DNA of 64,000 nt from Desulfobacterales bacterium. GTDB lineage: Bacteria; Desulfobacterota; Desulfobacteria; Desulfobacterales; UBA2174. The notes under the pieces are model-generated. The model made no database searches and was not told where the DNA came from. It worked only from the letters and a program-made list of their open reading frames with translations. Of the stretch, positions 48,963 to 59,653 are shown one piece after another. The stretch is from NCBI GenBank assembly GCA_963668645.2, contig CAXXWC010000019.1, forward strand, positions 710,053-774,052, read 5' to 3'. A program made the position numbers and the translations under genes. The stretch's first letter is position 1. Each line of letters opens with the position of its first letter.

Positions 48963-50789
48963 ATGATCCTCGACGCCCTGCAAAAACTGGCTGAAGCCAA
49001 GGCCCTGCGGGACCTGGACCGGCATTTTGCCCGCTGGATGGGAAAGCTTTCCGGCGATTCGAGCGAAGCCCTGGCACTGGCTGCGGCCCTGGCCAGCCAC
49101 CGGCTCGGCCAGGGGGATGTATGCGTCGATCTGGCCCACTTTGCCGGCCAGCGGCTCTTTTCCGATCCGCAGGCGCCGGAGGGCTGGCTGCCGGCTCCGG
49201 CACTGGACGCCTGGATCGCGGCCTTGCAGCGTTCGCCGGCCGTCGGCGTTCCGGGCGGGGAAATGCGGCCCCTGGTCCTGGACGGAGAACGGCTTTATCT
49301 GGCGCGTTACTGGCATTTCGAACAGACCCTGGCCGACGGCCTCCACCGGCTGGCCGGTGCGCCGGTGGACCTCGACCCCGGACGGCTGGAAGCCGGACTG
49401 GAACGGCTCTTTCCGGCCCGGCCCGGCGAAGGCGGACCCGACGGCCAGCGGATCGCCGCAGCCATCGCGGCCCTGCGGCGATTGTGCATCGTTTCCGGCG
49501 GTCCGGGAACCGGCAAGACCCATACGGTAGCCGCGATCCTGGCCCTGCTCATCGACCTGGCCGCGCCCCGGCGGCTGCGCATCATGCTGACCGCGCCCAC
49601 CGGCAAGGCGGCGGCCCGGCTCACCGAAGCCATCCGCCGCGCCAAGCAAAGTCTTCCCCTGTCCGAGGCCATACGCGAACAGATCCCGGCCGAGGCCATG
49701 ACCCTGCACCGCCTGCTCGGGGTACGTCCCGGCCGGGCCAACCCACGCCATGGTCCGGACAATCCGTTGCACCTGGATCTGCTGGTGGTCGACGAGGCCT
49801 CCATGATCGATCTGCCCCTGATGTGCCGCACGGTGGCCGCCCTGCCGCCCCACGCCCGGCTGATTCTGCTGGGCGACAAGGATCAGCTCGCCTCGGTGGA
49901 GGCCGGCAACGTCTTCGCCGATCTTTGTGCCAAGCCTTGCCTGGGCTTCAGCCCGGTCCTTTGCGACCAGTTGCGGCGTTGGGCCGGCTACGATGGGCCG
50001 GCCGGCACCGAAACTTCGGCCATGGGAGACTGTTTGGCGTTTCTGGAACATAGCTACCGCTTCGGTCCACACAGCGGGATTGGGGCTCTGGCCCGCTGCC
50101 TGAAAAACGGCGTGGATCCGATGCCGGTGTTGGCCGCCGAGTTGACCGACATCGCCCACAGCGATCCCGATCCGGCTGACTCGGCCAAAGCCCTGGCCGA
50201 AGCGGCGGCCGGTGCCTATGCTGCGCTGCTCAGGTCCGCCGACGCGGCCCAGGCTCTGGCCCGGCTGGAAAATTTCGCCATCCTCTGCGCCACCCGGGAA
50301 GGTCCGACCGGAGTGCGCGAAAGCAACCTGGCGGTGGAAAAGGCCCTGAAATCAGCCGGCCTGGAGGTCGCGGAAGGAGGGCTGTACCGGGGCCGTCCGA
50401 TTCTGATCACCCGCAACGACTACAACCTGAACTTGTTCAACGGCGACATCGGCGTGTTTTGGCCCGACCCGACCGACGGGACCCTGCGAGCCTGGTTCCG
50501 GCAGGCGGACGGCGGTTTGAAAGGCATCGCGCCCGGACGCCTTCCCGAGCACGAAACCGCCTTTGCCATGACGGTGCACAAGTCCCAGGGATCGGAGTTC
50601 GACCGGGTCCTGCTCCTCTTGCCGGACCGCGACGTGCGGGTGCTCAGCCGCGAACTGCTTTACACCGCCGTCACCCGGGCCCGCTCGCAGATCGAGATCC
50701 GGGGCAGTGCCGAGCTGATCCGGACCGGGGCGACCCGCAGGGCCGAACGGGTCTCCGGGCTGGCCGGCCGGTTGTGGCCGGAGGTGTGA
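48963..50789 (+). CDS. recD: Exodeoxyribonuclease V alpha subunit RecD
   Basis: LYLARYW, SGGPGTGKT, APTGKAA, TLHRLLG, VDEASM, GDKDQL, NGDIG, TVHKSQGSEF and LYTAVTRA motifs. Confidence 0.95.
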   Translation: MILDALQKLAEAKALRDLDRHFARWMGKLSGDSSEALALAAALASHRLGQGDVCVDLAHFAGQRLFSDPQAPEGWLPAPALDAWIAALQRSPAVGVPGGEMRPLVLDGERLYLARYWHFEQTLADGLHRLAGAPVDLDPGRLEAGLERLFPARPGEGGPDGQRIAAAIAALRRLCIVSGGPGTGKTHTVAAILALLIDLAAPRRLRIMLTAPTGKAAARLTEAIRRAKQSLPLSEAIREQIPAEAMTLHRLLGVRPGRANPRHGPDNPLHLDLLVVDEASMIDLPLMCRTVAALPPHARLILLGDKDQLASVEAGNVFADLCAKPCLGFSPVLCDQLRRWAGYDGPAGTETSAMGDCLAFLEHSYRFGPHSGIGALARCLKNGVDPMPVLAAELTDIAHSDPDPADSAKALAEAAAGAYAALLRSADAAQALARLENFAILCATREGPTGVRESNLAVEKALKSAGLEVAEGGLYRGRPILITRNDYNLNLFNGDIGVFWPDPTDGTLRAWFRQADGGLKGIAPGRLPEHETAFAMTVHKSQGSEFDRVLLLLPDRDVRVLSRELLYTAVTRARSQIEIRGSAELIRTGATRRAERVSGLAGRLWPEV

Positions 50790-50814
50790 ACCGACCGAGG
50801 AGGCGCCAGCGGGC

Positions 50815-53517
50815 TCAGCCCCTGGGAAAAACCTCCAGGTACTGGCGCAGCAGAGCCCGGTAAGGGCCGGCGTGGATCGCATCGTTGGGGCTGCGGATCC
50901 CCCGGCCGGCGAAAAAGGCGATGGCGTTGGACAGGTTTCCCAGGGCCAGGGCCTCGGGCCGGGTCACCAGCCCCCGGCGCAGCATGCGCCGCCCACCGGC
51001 ACGGACCTGTTGCAGCGGGTCGCGCTTCTTTGGGCGTCCAGACTCGGCCGTCATGAGAATTTCCAGCACGGCGGCATACGATTCGAGCAAAGAGGCCAAC
51101 AATCCGGCTAAAAGAATCAGCTTGCGATACCCGGCGGCGGTCAGGCCGTAAGTGTCGGGCAGGAGGGGATGCGGCACGAGGATCGCATCTTCCACGAAAG
51201 CCTCGATGGTCCGGCGCACCACCATAGCGGCGGGCTGGCTCGGATCCGGGAAAAGATCCAGCGCCAGCAGATCCTGCACGGCTTCCAGATCCTGTTCCAG
51301 TCCCTCGGCGGAGAACTGAAAACCGGCCCGGGACAGTATCACCAGAGCGGTCTGGGCCGCCGGTGCAAAACGGCTCAGGATGCTGTTCTGGTAATAGGCC
51401 AGCGCCAGACGCCGGCTGGGAACGACCCGGTAAGCGGCTTGGCGTGGATCCTGGGGTGCGAGGGATGCGATCCAGCGCCGCTCGGTGAAATCGGCCAGGG
51501 CAGCTTCCATGGCCACCATCGGCTCCACGGTAAGGGTATCGGCAAGGTGCAGTCCGGCAGCCCCGGCGTAGGCGAGCAGGGTTTCGGTCCCCTGCCTGAA
51601 TTCATCCCTGCCAAAGCGCGATGCGGCGGCCAGAACCACCCCCGCGGTCAGCGCGTGGGGCGTGATGACGGTACCCCGGTCGATGGCGCCCATAATCCGC
51701 CGGCCCAGCCCCCGGGCCAGACGATGGATCTGGCGGCTGTTCATCTGACCGATGGGGGTCGGCTCTTCGCCCGCCAGGGGCCCGACGCCCACCGGTGCGC
51801 CGAACTTGAGGTAGATCCGGCCGTAACGCCGCCGCAAAAAACGGCCCAATCCCAGCAACTGGCGGGCGCTTTCAGGGGCCTTGCGCACACCGCGGGTCTC
51901 GTGCAGATAAGCGCCTTCTTCCGGCACCCGGTCGTAGCCGATGGAGACCGGAATGAAGTTGAGCCGCGACAAGCCGGCATCCGGCATGGAAGCCAGGAGC
52001 ATCGCCAGCATCCCGAGTTGGGGCGGCAAAAGACGGCCGGACCGGCTGCGGGTTCCCTCGATGTAGACCAGCACGTTGTAGCGTTGGCCGAGCAGCCAGC
52101 GCACGTAGGTCTCCATCACCTTGACATAGAGAACCTTGCCCTGGAAGCTGCGCCTGACGAAAAAGGCCCCCATGCGCCGGGCCAGGGGGCCGAGGGGCCA
52201 GAAGGCGAGATTGCGGCCGGCAAAGACCAGCGGCAAGCTGATATTGTGATGGTGCAGGATCAGACCGATGAGCACCGTGTCCATGTGGCTGCGGTGGCAG
52301 GGAACGAAGACCACCGGCCCCTCCATGGCCGCCTCGCGCACCCGGCGCAGCATCCCGGAGTTGACGCTGATCCCGTCAAAGCCCCTGCGCACCAGCCAGC
52401 CGGCCAGCCCCATCCCGATCCCGATGGTCAGGGGGCTCGGGCGGGCCGCGATTTCACGCAGGTACACCGCCGCTTCGCGCTGGGCCCGATAAAGCGGCAA
52501 GTTGCGCCGCCGGGCCGATTTGCGCAAATAGTCTTGCAGCGGCGCAGCGGTGAGGATGGTGTGCTCGGCGGCCAGAAAGCTCTGGGGCACCGGCCCGGTA
52601 ATGCTGTGCTGGAGCCGGTCGATGCGTTCGAGCAGCTCCCGGCGCAGGGCCAGAATCCTGCCCTCCGGGTCCTGGGCGGCGATGGGCGCGGCGCACAAAA
52701 AATCGTCCAACCCCAGCGAAGGCCCCACTTCCATCAAAACCCGGCCCGGGTCTGCCATCAGGGTCAGCAGGCGCCCCAAGCCTGGGGGAGGATGAAAAAC
52801 GGCGCGCATCCGTTGGATCAGACCGGGCGCGCTCCCATCCGGCCCCTCCCCCGCAGGAGCTGGCCGTTTGCCGTAGAAGATCATAACCGGCACCACGGTC
52901 AGGGGGAGGCCTGCGCCATGGCGCGCCTCGAGCAGCACGGCCAGCGGATCGCGCCGTCCGCGGCGCGGCCGGCTGAACATGTCCCGGGCAACGACCAGCG
53001 GAAGCCACAGAACCTTTCCGGCTTCGACCTGGCGAACCTGTTCACGGTTGATGGACGCCTCGGGCAGGCGCCGCAACCGCAGCCAGGCAGCCAGGCGCCG
53101 GCCGGCCAGTTTGAGCATGGGAACCGGGGAGTGGAGAAACCAGAAACTCTGACCCGGGGTCAGCACGGGACAGGGCAACCCGAGCCGCTCGAAGCGGATC
53201 CGGGCAAGGAGCACCTCCAGGCGGCTGGCATGGCGGGTGACAAAGACCGGGCAGACGCCGGCCGTGGCCTGCTTGAGCGCTTCAGCCTGGACGGTGCCGA
53301 AGCGAACATCGGCCCACCAGCGCGCCAAAAGCCACACCAGCAAACGCGGCAGCCGGTCCGGCAGCCGGGCGCTGTCGGCCGGCAGCGGATCCTCGGGCAT
53401 TGCTGCCGGCAATCGGTCCCCCGGCGCGGCTTGATCTGCACCAAAGGCCTTGAGCCCGATACGTTTGAGGAACGACCCCGGACCTTTCATCGTTCCATAA
53501 TCCATTCCCAGACCCAC
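50815..53517 (-). CDS. plsB: Glycerol-3-phosphate acyltransferase PlsB-like
   Basis: PCHRSHMD (HX4D), GAFFVRR, IEGTRSRSG and PVSIGYD motifs; start uncertain (53490-53517). Confidence 0.88.
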   Translation of the reverse strand: MGLGMDYGTMKGPGSFLKRIGLKAFGADQAAPGDRLPAAMPEDPLPADSARLPDRLPRLLVWLLARWWADVRFGTVQAEALKQATAGVCPVFVTRHASRLEVLLARIRFERLGLPCPVLTPGQSFWFLHSPVPMLKLAGRRLAAWLRLRRLPEASINREQVRQVEAGKVLWLPLVVARDMFSRPRRGRRDPLAVLLEARHGAGLPLTVVPVMIFYGKRPAPAGEGPDGSAPGLIQRMRAVFHPPPGLGRLLTLMADPGRVLMEVGPSLGLDDFLCAAPIAAQDPEGRILALRRELLERIDRLQHSITGPVPQSFLAAEHTILTAAPLQDYLRKSARRRNLPLYRAQREAAVYLREIAARPSPLTIGIGMGLAGWLVRRGFDGISVNSGMLRRVREAAMEGPVVFVPCHRSHMDTVLIGLILHHHNISLPLVFAGRNLAFWPLGPLARRMGAFFVRRSFQGKVLYVKVMETYVRWLLGQRYNVLVYIEGTRSRSGRLLPPQLGMLAMLLASMPDAGLSRLNFIPVSIGYDRVPEEGAYLHETRGVRKAPESARQLLGLGRFLRRRYGRIYLKFGAPVGVGPLAGEEPTPIGQMNSRQIHRLARGLGRRIMGAIDRGTVITPHALTAGVVLAAASRFGRDEFRQGTETLLAYAGAAGLHLADTLTVEPMVAMEAALADFTERRWIASLAPQDPRQAAYRVVPSRRLALAYYQNSILSRFAPAAQTALVILSRAGFQFSAEGLEQDLEAVQDLLALDLFPDPSQPAAMVVRRTIEAFVEDAILVPHPLLPDTYGLTAAGYRKLILLAGLLASLLESYAAVLEILMTAESGRPKKRDPLQQVRAGGRRMLRRGLVTRPEALALGNLSNAIAFFAGRGIRSPNDAIHAGPYRALLRQYLEVFPRG

Positions 53518-56408
53518 CGCACCCGATCGCTCAGGGGAAGGAAGCGCACCTCGGCAACCTGGGGCGACTGTTCTCTCAGGCTGAGCTGGTGGGCCTTGGC
53601 CCGGAAGGTCAGATAGGCTTCGCGCAGCAAAAAACCGCTCTCTTCATCCAGGACCCCGGCTTGGACCGCTGTCTGGAGCAACCGGACGTTGTCGGTCCAG
53701 GCGGCCAGTTGGGGATGCCGGCAGGATTCGAGTAGCACCAGATACTGGACGAGAAATTCGATATCCACAATGCCGCCATGCCCCTCGCGCAGATCGAAGA
53801 TCCCCGGATCGCATCGCAGCCGCTCGGCCCGCATCCGCTCGCGCATCTCGCGTACCTCGCGCCGCAGCGTGTCCCGATCGCGGGGGCGCCGGAGCACTTC
53901 GGCCCGGATGGCGTTGAATCGGCTGGCCAGTTCGGGGTCGCCGGCCACGGGCCTGGCCCGCACGATGGCCTGGTGTTCCCAGGTCCAGGCCCTGTTGAGT
54001 TGATAGTCGCGAAACCCTTCGACATGCACCACCAGGGGCCCGCCCGTGCCACTGGGCCGCAGGCGCATGTCCACCTCGTAGATCCGGCCGGCGCGGGTAT
54101 GGGCCGTAAGCACGTGGACGATGCGCTGGCCGATGCGCGCGAAAAACTGGCCCCCCCCGATGGCTCGGGGGCCGCCGGTGGATTGTTGATCGGAGCCGGC
54201 ATGCAAAAAAACCAGGTCCAGGTCCGAACCGTAGCCCAGCTCCAGCCCCCCGAGCTTGCCGTAGCCGATCACAACAAAGCCGCGTGTGCAGGGGCGGCCG
54301 TCCAGCAGACAGACCGGCGCCCCGTGGCGCGCGCGCAGATGGTGCCAGGCAAGATCGAGCACCTTGTCCAGGATCACCTCGGCCAGCTCGGATAGATAGT
54401 CGCTGGTGCGCATGATGGGCAGGACCCCGGTCACATCGGCCGCCGCCACGCGCAGGGTATTGGTCTGGCGCAGGATGCACAACTCCTCAACCTGATACTC
54501 CAGGTCACCGTCGGGCACCGCAGCCAAGCGACGGTCGGCTTCGGCGGCCATCGCGGACCTGTCGTTGGGCTGGTAGAGGGTGCGCGCATCGAGCAGCTCG
54601 TCCAGCAGCACCGGATGGTGCGCCAGAAAGGAGGCGACCCATGGGCTGGCCCCCACCAGGCGCACCAGATGATCCACCGCAGTGCGGTTTTCCAGCAGCA
54701 GCGCCAAGTAGTTGGTCCGCCGCTGGATACTCAGCAGTAGATCGACGATCCGGTTCAGCACCAGCACCGGCTGCTCGGCCCGTCCGGCCGCCTGGATCAG
54801 GATCGGCAACAGGCGGTCGAGCCGCTGGCGTCCTTCCATGGACAAGGCCCGCGTGGTGGGATCATCGTGGAGGTGCTCCAGCAGGGGTCGCACCGCCTCG
54901 GGGGCCTCGAAACCGGCCGCCACCAGTCCGTGCCGGGTCGCTTCATCCAGGGACAGGGAGTGCCAAAAATGGGCCAGCACCTCGTGGGTGGCCGACTCCG
55001 GCCCGCTTTCGGCCTCTTCGGCTCCGGCCAGAAGCCCCTGGAAATGGCGATGGACGATTTCAGTATGATGCTCCAAACGGCGGGCGAAGCGCGGCCAGTC
55101 GGCAAAGCCCATGGATACGGCCAGGCGCGACCGGTCTTCGGGCGAAACGGGCAGATCGTGGGTCTGCTGGTCGGCGGCGGCCTGGAGGCGGTTTTCCACC
55201 CGGCGCAGGAAGACGTAAGCTTCGCTCAGATCACGGCAAACCGTATCGTCGACGGCCCCTTCGGCCACCAGGGCCGGCAGCACCGCCAGGATGCGCCGCT
55301 GCTGCAAAGCCGGCACCACCCCCCCGCGCAGCAGCTGGAACATCTGCCCGAAGAACTCCACCTCGCGGATACCGCCCGGCCCGAGCTTGATGTTGCGGGC
55401 TAGCTGCTTGCGGCGCACCTCGTGGGCGATGCGGGTCTTCATCTCGCGCAGCGAATCGAAGGCCCCGAAATCCAGATAACGCCGGAAGACAAAGGGCCGC
55501 AGGCGTTCGAGCAGGCTCTCTCCGGCGGCAAGATCTCCGGCCGCGGCCCGGGCCTTAATCCAGGCGTAGCGCTCCCACTCGCGCCCCTGGCTCTGGTAGT
55601 ACTGCTCCATGCTGTCGAAGCTCAGCACCAGCGGTCCGCCGTCGCCATAGGGGCGCAGGCGCGGGTCCACGCGAAATACGAATCCGTCATCGAGGTTGAC
55701 CGAAAGGACCTGGATCAACTGGCGCGCCAGGCGGGTGAAAAACTCGTCGTGGGTCACCGAGCGAGGGCCGCCGGCGGTCTGGCCTGAATGGGCAAAGGCG
55801 AAGATCAGGTCCACGTCCGAGGAAAAATTGAGCTCCCGGGCCCCGAGCTTGCCCATGGCCACGACCACCAGGCGCGGATCGTCCCTTCCCTTGCGGCCCT
55901 GGGGCCGTCCCAGGGTTTCGATTTGCCAGAGGTGGAGCCGGGACAAGGCCGCCTCAATGCAGGCGTCGGCCAGGTCCGAAAGGTCGGCCATGGTTTCTTC
56001 CAGACCGGCCCGGCCGGTCAGGTCGCGCCAGGCGATACGCACCATCTCCCGCTGGCGAAAACGTCTCAGGGCGACTTGCAGTTTCTCGATGCGCCGGTCC
56101 GGGGCCGCATCGGCCAGGGCCCCATCGAGGCAAGACGCCAGCCGTTCGCCATAACGTCCCGGCGCATAGGCGGCGGCAAGATCTCCGGCGGCGAGAAGAT
56201 CGTGCAGCAGATCGGGCCGCCCGGTCAGGGTGCGGGCCACAAAATCGGAAAAGGCAAAGACTTGCCTGGCCTCGGCAACGACCTGCGGCGGCACCGTCCA
56301 GCTCGGATCCGCAGCTGCGGCGGCGTTCTCAAAGGCCTCCCATTTTTCACGCCCCGAACACTCCAGCGGTTCGGGCAGGCGGATAAGCTCAAAACCGGTC
56401 GCTGTCAC
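53487..56408 (-). CDS. glnE: Glutamine synthetase adenylyltransferase/deadenylylase GlnE
   Basis: MGKLGARELNFSSDVDL, GREWERYAWIK, KLGPGGIREVEF, GYGKLGGLELGYGSDLDL and AWTWEHQA motifs; GTG start overlaps the upstream TGA. Confidence 0.95.
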   Translation of the reverse strand: MTATGFELIRLPEPLECSGREKWEAFENAAAAADPSWTVPPQVVAEARQVFAFSDFVARTLTGRPDLLHDLLAAGDLAAAYAPGRYGERLASCLDGALADAAPDRRIEKLQVALRRFRQREMVRIAWRDLTGRAGLEETMADLSDLADACIEAALSRLHLWQIETLGRPQGRKGRDDPRLVVVAMGKLGARELNFSSDVDLIFAFAHSGQTAGGPRSVTHDEFFTRLARQLIQVLSVNLDDGFVFRVDPRLRPYGDGGPLVLSFDSMEQYYQSQGREWERYAWIKARAAAGDLAAGESLLERLRPFVFRRYLDFGAFDSLREMKTRIAHEVRRKQLARNIKLGPGGIREVEFFGQMFQLLRGGVVPALQQRRILAVLPALVAEGAVDDTVCRDLSEAYVFLRRVENRLQAAADQQTHDLPVSPEDRSRLAVSMGFADWPRFARRLEHHTEIVHRHFQGLLAGAEEAESGPESATHEVLAHFWHSLSLDEATRHGLVAAGFEAPEAVRPLLEHLHDDPTTRALSMEGRQRLDRLLPILIQAAGRAEQPVLVLNRIVDLLLSIQRRTNYLALLLENRTAVDHLVRLVGASPWVASFLAHHPVLLDELLDARTLYQPNDRSAMAAEADRRLAAVPDGDLEYQVEELCILRQTNTLRVAAADVTGVLPIMRTSDYLSELAEVILDKVLDLAWHHLRARHGAPVCLLDGRPCTRGFVVIGYGKLGGLELGYGSDLDLVFLHAGSDQQSTGGPRAIGGGQFFARIGQRIVHVLTAHTRAGRIYEVDMRLRPSGTGGPLVVHVEGFRDYQLNRAWTWEHQAIVRARPVAGDPELASRFNAIRAEVLRRPRDRDTLRREVREMRERMRAERLRCDPGIFDLREGHGGIVDIEFLVQYLVLLESCRHPQLAAWTDNVRLLQTAVQAGVLDEESGFLLREAYLTFRAKAHQLSLREQSPQVAEVRFLPLSDRVRWVWEWIMER

Positions 56409-57727
56409 TGTTTGACATACCCCCAGGCCACCAACCGGCCGTAAGCGTACTGAGCCCGATCGCCCTGGCGCACGGACTGCAGGTATTGGTGGAACGCCCT
56501 GGCGGCCTGCTCCCGCCGCTGCATCCCCTCCAGGGCCAGGCCCTGAAAAAAGGCGGTGTTGGGATTTCCCGGCAGGGCCTGCCGGCAGGCGTTGAAATCC
56601 GCCAGGGCGCCATCGTAATCCTTCTGCTGGAGCTTGACGAATCCGGCCAGATGAAGGGCTTGGGCTTCCTGAGGGTAGACCTGCTTGGCCCGCTCGGCAT
56701 AGCGCAGGGCCTGGGCGGGTCGGTTCATGGCGGTTTGGCATTTGGCCATCATCACCAGCGCGGCGTAGTCGTCCGGGGCGATCTTCAAAGCCTTGTCCAA
56801 AAGGTTGCCGGCGGCCCCATAGTTCTTCTTGCCCATCTCGATGTCGGCCGTCTGCATGGCTTCGATGGCCCCCTTGATGCGGCGCAACCCGGCCGTATGA
56901 TCCATGTAGCGTTCCTTGTAAAGCGGATTTCGACGGGCCGCGGCAAAAGGTCCGTGGACGGCGGCAACGGCCGTTTGATAGCGCTCGTCGCTCATCGGAT
57001 GGGTGGCGAACATCAGTTCGATGGCCCCCGGCGTACGCCTGGACATCCCGCGCAGGATATCCATCAACCCTACGAAACCGTCGGCGCCATAGCCGGCGCG
57101 CACCATGTATTCCAGGCCCAGGGCGTCGGCCTCGCGTTCGTTTTCCCGGCTGTAGCCGGCCAAAAGCGCCCCGGCGCCGATCATGCCCAGCCGGCCGGCC
57201 AGTTGGCCATAAGCCGACCCCTGGGCATCGGCAACGGCTGAAATCCCGCCCACCACTGCCTGGATCAAGGTCCCCTGGGTCATCTGGCGGGCGGTGTGGC
57301 GGGCGTTGACATGACCCAACTCGTGGCCCAGCAGGGCCGCCAGTTCGGCCTCGTTGTCCAGGGCCAGCAGGATCCCCCGGGTAGCGGCGATGCTCCCGCC
57401 CGGAAAGGCGTAAGCGTTGGCGTAAGTCGCGTTGACACAATGGAAGTTGTAAGGCATGGCCGGCCGGTGGGTGTGGGGCGTGAGAAGCCGGCCGGTCTGC
57501 TCCAGGTACCGGTTTAAGGCCTGGTCCTGGCACACCCCGTAATCGCTGGAAAATTGGTGGGGGGCATTCTGGCGGTCGATTTGAACCTCCTGGTCCGGCG
57601 AAACAAGCATCAGCTGGTTCTCGCCGGTGACCGGATTCACCGCGCAGCCGCAAAGGCCCGCCGCCGCAAGGGCGGAATACTGAAGAAAATGGCGCCGGTT
57701 GATGGAGCCAACGAACGCGGATGGCAT
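56405..57727 (-). CDS. M48 metalloprotease lipoprotein with Tat-like signal and TPRs
   Basis: NRRHFL...LCGC, NPVTG, NAYAFPGG, HELGH, YSRENEREAD and THP motifs; AGGAGGAGG RBS. Confidence 0.92.
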   Translation of the reverse strand: MPSAFVGSINRRHFLQYSALAAAGLCGCAVNPVTGENQLMLVSPDQEVQIDRQNAPHQFSSDYGVCQDQALNRYLEQTGRLLTPHTHRPAMPYNFHCVNATYANAYAFPGGSIAATRGILLALDNEAELAALLGHELGHVNARHTARQMTQGTLIQAVVGGISAVADAQGSAYGQLAGRLGMIGAGALLAGYSRENEREADALGLEYMVRAGYGADGFVGLMDILRGMSRRTPGAIELMFATHPMSDERYQTAVAAVHGPFAAARRNPLYKERYMDHTAGLRRIKGAIEAMQTADIEMGKKNYGAAGNLLDKALKIAPDDYAALVMMAKCQTAMNRPAQALRYAERAKQVYPQEAQALHLAGFVKLQQKDYDGALADFNACRQALPGNPNTAFFQGLALEGMQRREQAARAFHQYLQSVRQGDRAQYAYGRLVAWGYVKQ

Positions 57728-58113
57728 GGCACCTCCTCCTTGATCAGGATCATGGCCGTGGGCAACCGGATCTTGAGGGTCTCGAACCTGTCCTGGCAAA
57801 ACGTCTCTCAGCCGATAGACCGTCCGGAAACCAAGCGGATCGCGGGTGCCGGCCGGTCCTTTGGATTATAGGCAAAAAGACCTGCGATGACAAACGGCAG
57901 GATGAAGAAGGTTTTAAACGGCATGGCTTTTTGGAAAACATCCGTTTATAGTTTGAAATTCAACTTTAGCCGGTTTGCGTCATTGCAGATCTCGGATCAA
58001 GGCCCAAAATTGAATTTTATTCTTTTTGCTTTTTCAAAGATCCACGCAGACTCTCAAAGGCCTGTTTCAAAAACCATGCAGCGACCGGGGAAAGGACGAG
58101 GTACAAACGCCCC

Positions 58114-58785
58114 ATGCAGACCATCGAAGCCATCGAACAGCGTAAAAGCGTGCGAGGCTACCGGCCCGATCCGGTGCCCAAAGAAATATTGCGCCGGATT
58201 TTGGAAATTGCCGGCCGCGCTCCTTCGGCCATGAACAGCCAGCCCTGGGAATTCGCCGTTATCGGCGGCGAACTGCTCGATCGGGTGCGTTCCACAAACC
58301 TGGAAAAACTGCGTGCCGGTGTGCTGCCAGAGCCCGAGCATGCCGTCACCGGATGGGGCAAGGATAGCGTCTACCGGACCCGTCAGGTGGAACTGGCCAT
58401 CGGTCTTTTCAAACTCATGGGCATCGAACGCCATGATGCGGAAAAGCGAACCGCGTGGCTGGAACGGGGCTTTCGCTTCTTCGACGCCCCGGCGGCGATC
58501 ATCGTGCTGACCGACCGGTCGCTGCTGGAAAACACGTATCTGATCGACGTGGGCATCGTGATCCAGTCGATCTGTCTGGCGGCCCTGGATTTCGGTCTGG
58601 CCACCTGCATCGAGGATCAAGGATGCATGTACCCCGGAGTGCTGCGGGACCTGGCCGATATCCCGGTCACCAAACGCATCGTCATGGCCATCGCCATCGG
58701 CTACCCGGACTGGAATTTTCCCGCCAACCAGATCCAGACCAACCGGGTGCCCGTCGACGATATCATCCTCTGGCGCGGGTTTTGA
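58114..58785 (+). CDS. Nitroreductase family protein
   Basis: RKSVRGY, APSAMNSQPW, FFDAP, GLATC and IGYPD motifs. Confidence 0.93.
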   Translation: MQTIEAIEQRKSVRGYRPDPVPKEILRRILEIAGRAPSAMNSQPWEFAVIGGELLDRVRSTNLEKLRAGVLPEPEHAVTGWGKDSVYRTRQVELAIGLFKLMGIERHDAEKRTAWLERGFRFFDAPAAIIVLTDRSLLENTYLIDVGIVIQSICLAALDFGLATCIEDQGCMYPGVLRDLADIPVTKRIVMAIAIGYPDWNFPANQIQTNRVPVDDIILWRGF

Positions 58786-59162
58786 AATTCCGTAGCCGCC
58801 CGCGAGGTTGCCCGGTCATGCCACACCGCCGATGCCCGGCAACCTCGATTCTCGCCCTTTGCCCAACGGCCGGTTCGAGAGGCCGCAAGGTGCAGATATC
58901 GTCGATCGGTTTGCATTACACATGATACGATTTAGATTTTGTGGACTTTTATCTGAAGAAAAATTACCTTCCACTTCGATAAACACAATTTTTTTACACG
59001 TCATCGACAGCCCGGTCTGATGAATAACAACGTGAATGATAGCGCATCGATCTTTTACCTTTCTTTCTCAAGAATTCTTGACGGAATGAATGAATTGTGG
59101 AATAGGTGGCTCAATCCAGTTATCAATTCATTGTTTTCAACATTTAACCTGGAGCCTGAGCC

Positions 59163-59510
59163 ATGCCGCCCAGAATACAGATCGATGAACCCGCGTTGTT
59201 GAAAGCGATTGCGGACGGTCTTCCCCAAAAGGAAATTTTATCTCGATTCGGCTTAAAGAGCCTCAACCAGCTCAAACTGGCCTACCTCAACGCGCTGTGC
59301 CAAGCCGGCAAAGTGACCGCATTGAAGGCGGGTCGCACCTCGAAGGCCAACGAAACAGACGACACTACCGTGACTGTCAACAAGCGCGGCAGTCTGATTA
59401 TTCCCAAGGCCTTGGTAACGCAGCTGGGGCTGGCAGCCGGGGACACCTTCGATGTCACCAAAACCTCCGCCGGCGTCTCCCTTTACAGTCGACGTCGACC
59501 GAACCGGTAA
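59163..59510 (+). CDS. AbrB/MazE/SpoVT-domain DNA-binding protein (copy 1)
   Basis: VNKRGSLIIPK...LGL..GDTF motif; GGAG RBS. Confidence 0.8.
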   Translation: MPPRIQIDEPALLKAIADGLPQKEILSRFGLKSLNQLKLAYLNALCQAGKVTALKAGRTSKANETDDTTVTVNKRGSLIIPKALVTQLGLAAGDTFDVTKTSAGVSLYSRRRPNR

Positions 59511-59653
59511 GGCATTCGGCCACGGCCGGCGGCAGTCCAAGTTTTTTGCTGGCGCCCACCGCCCGGGGTTTCGGTTTCATGCCCGGCTTGAACAAGCCAA
59601 GACCGTGATAGGGTTGAACGGACCACCCTGCAACTTTTTAACGGAGATCTGCC

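Noticed and set aside
56409..57653. N-terminal extension making GlnE 1388 aa
   Set aside because: An alternative frame of the M48 protease gene; GlnE-like sequence begins at GTG 56408.
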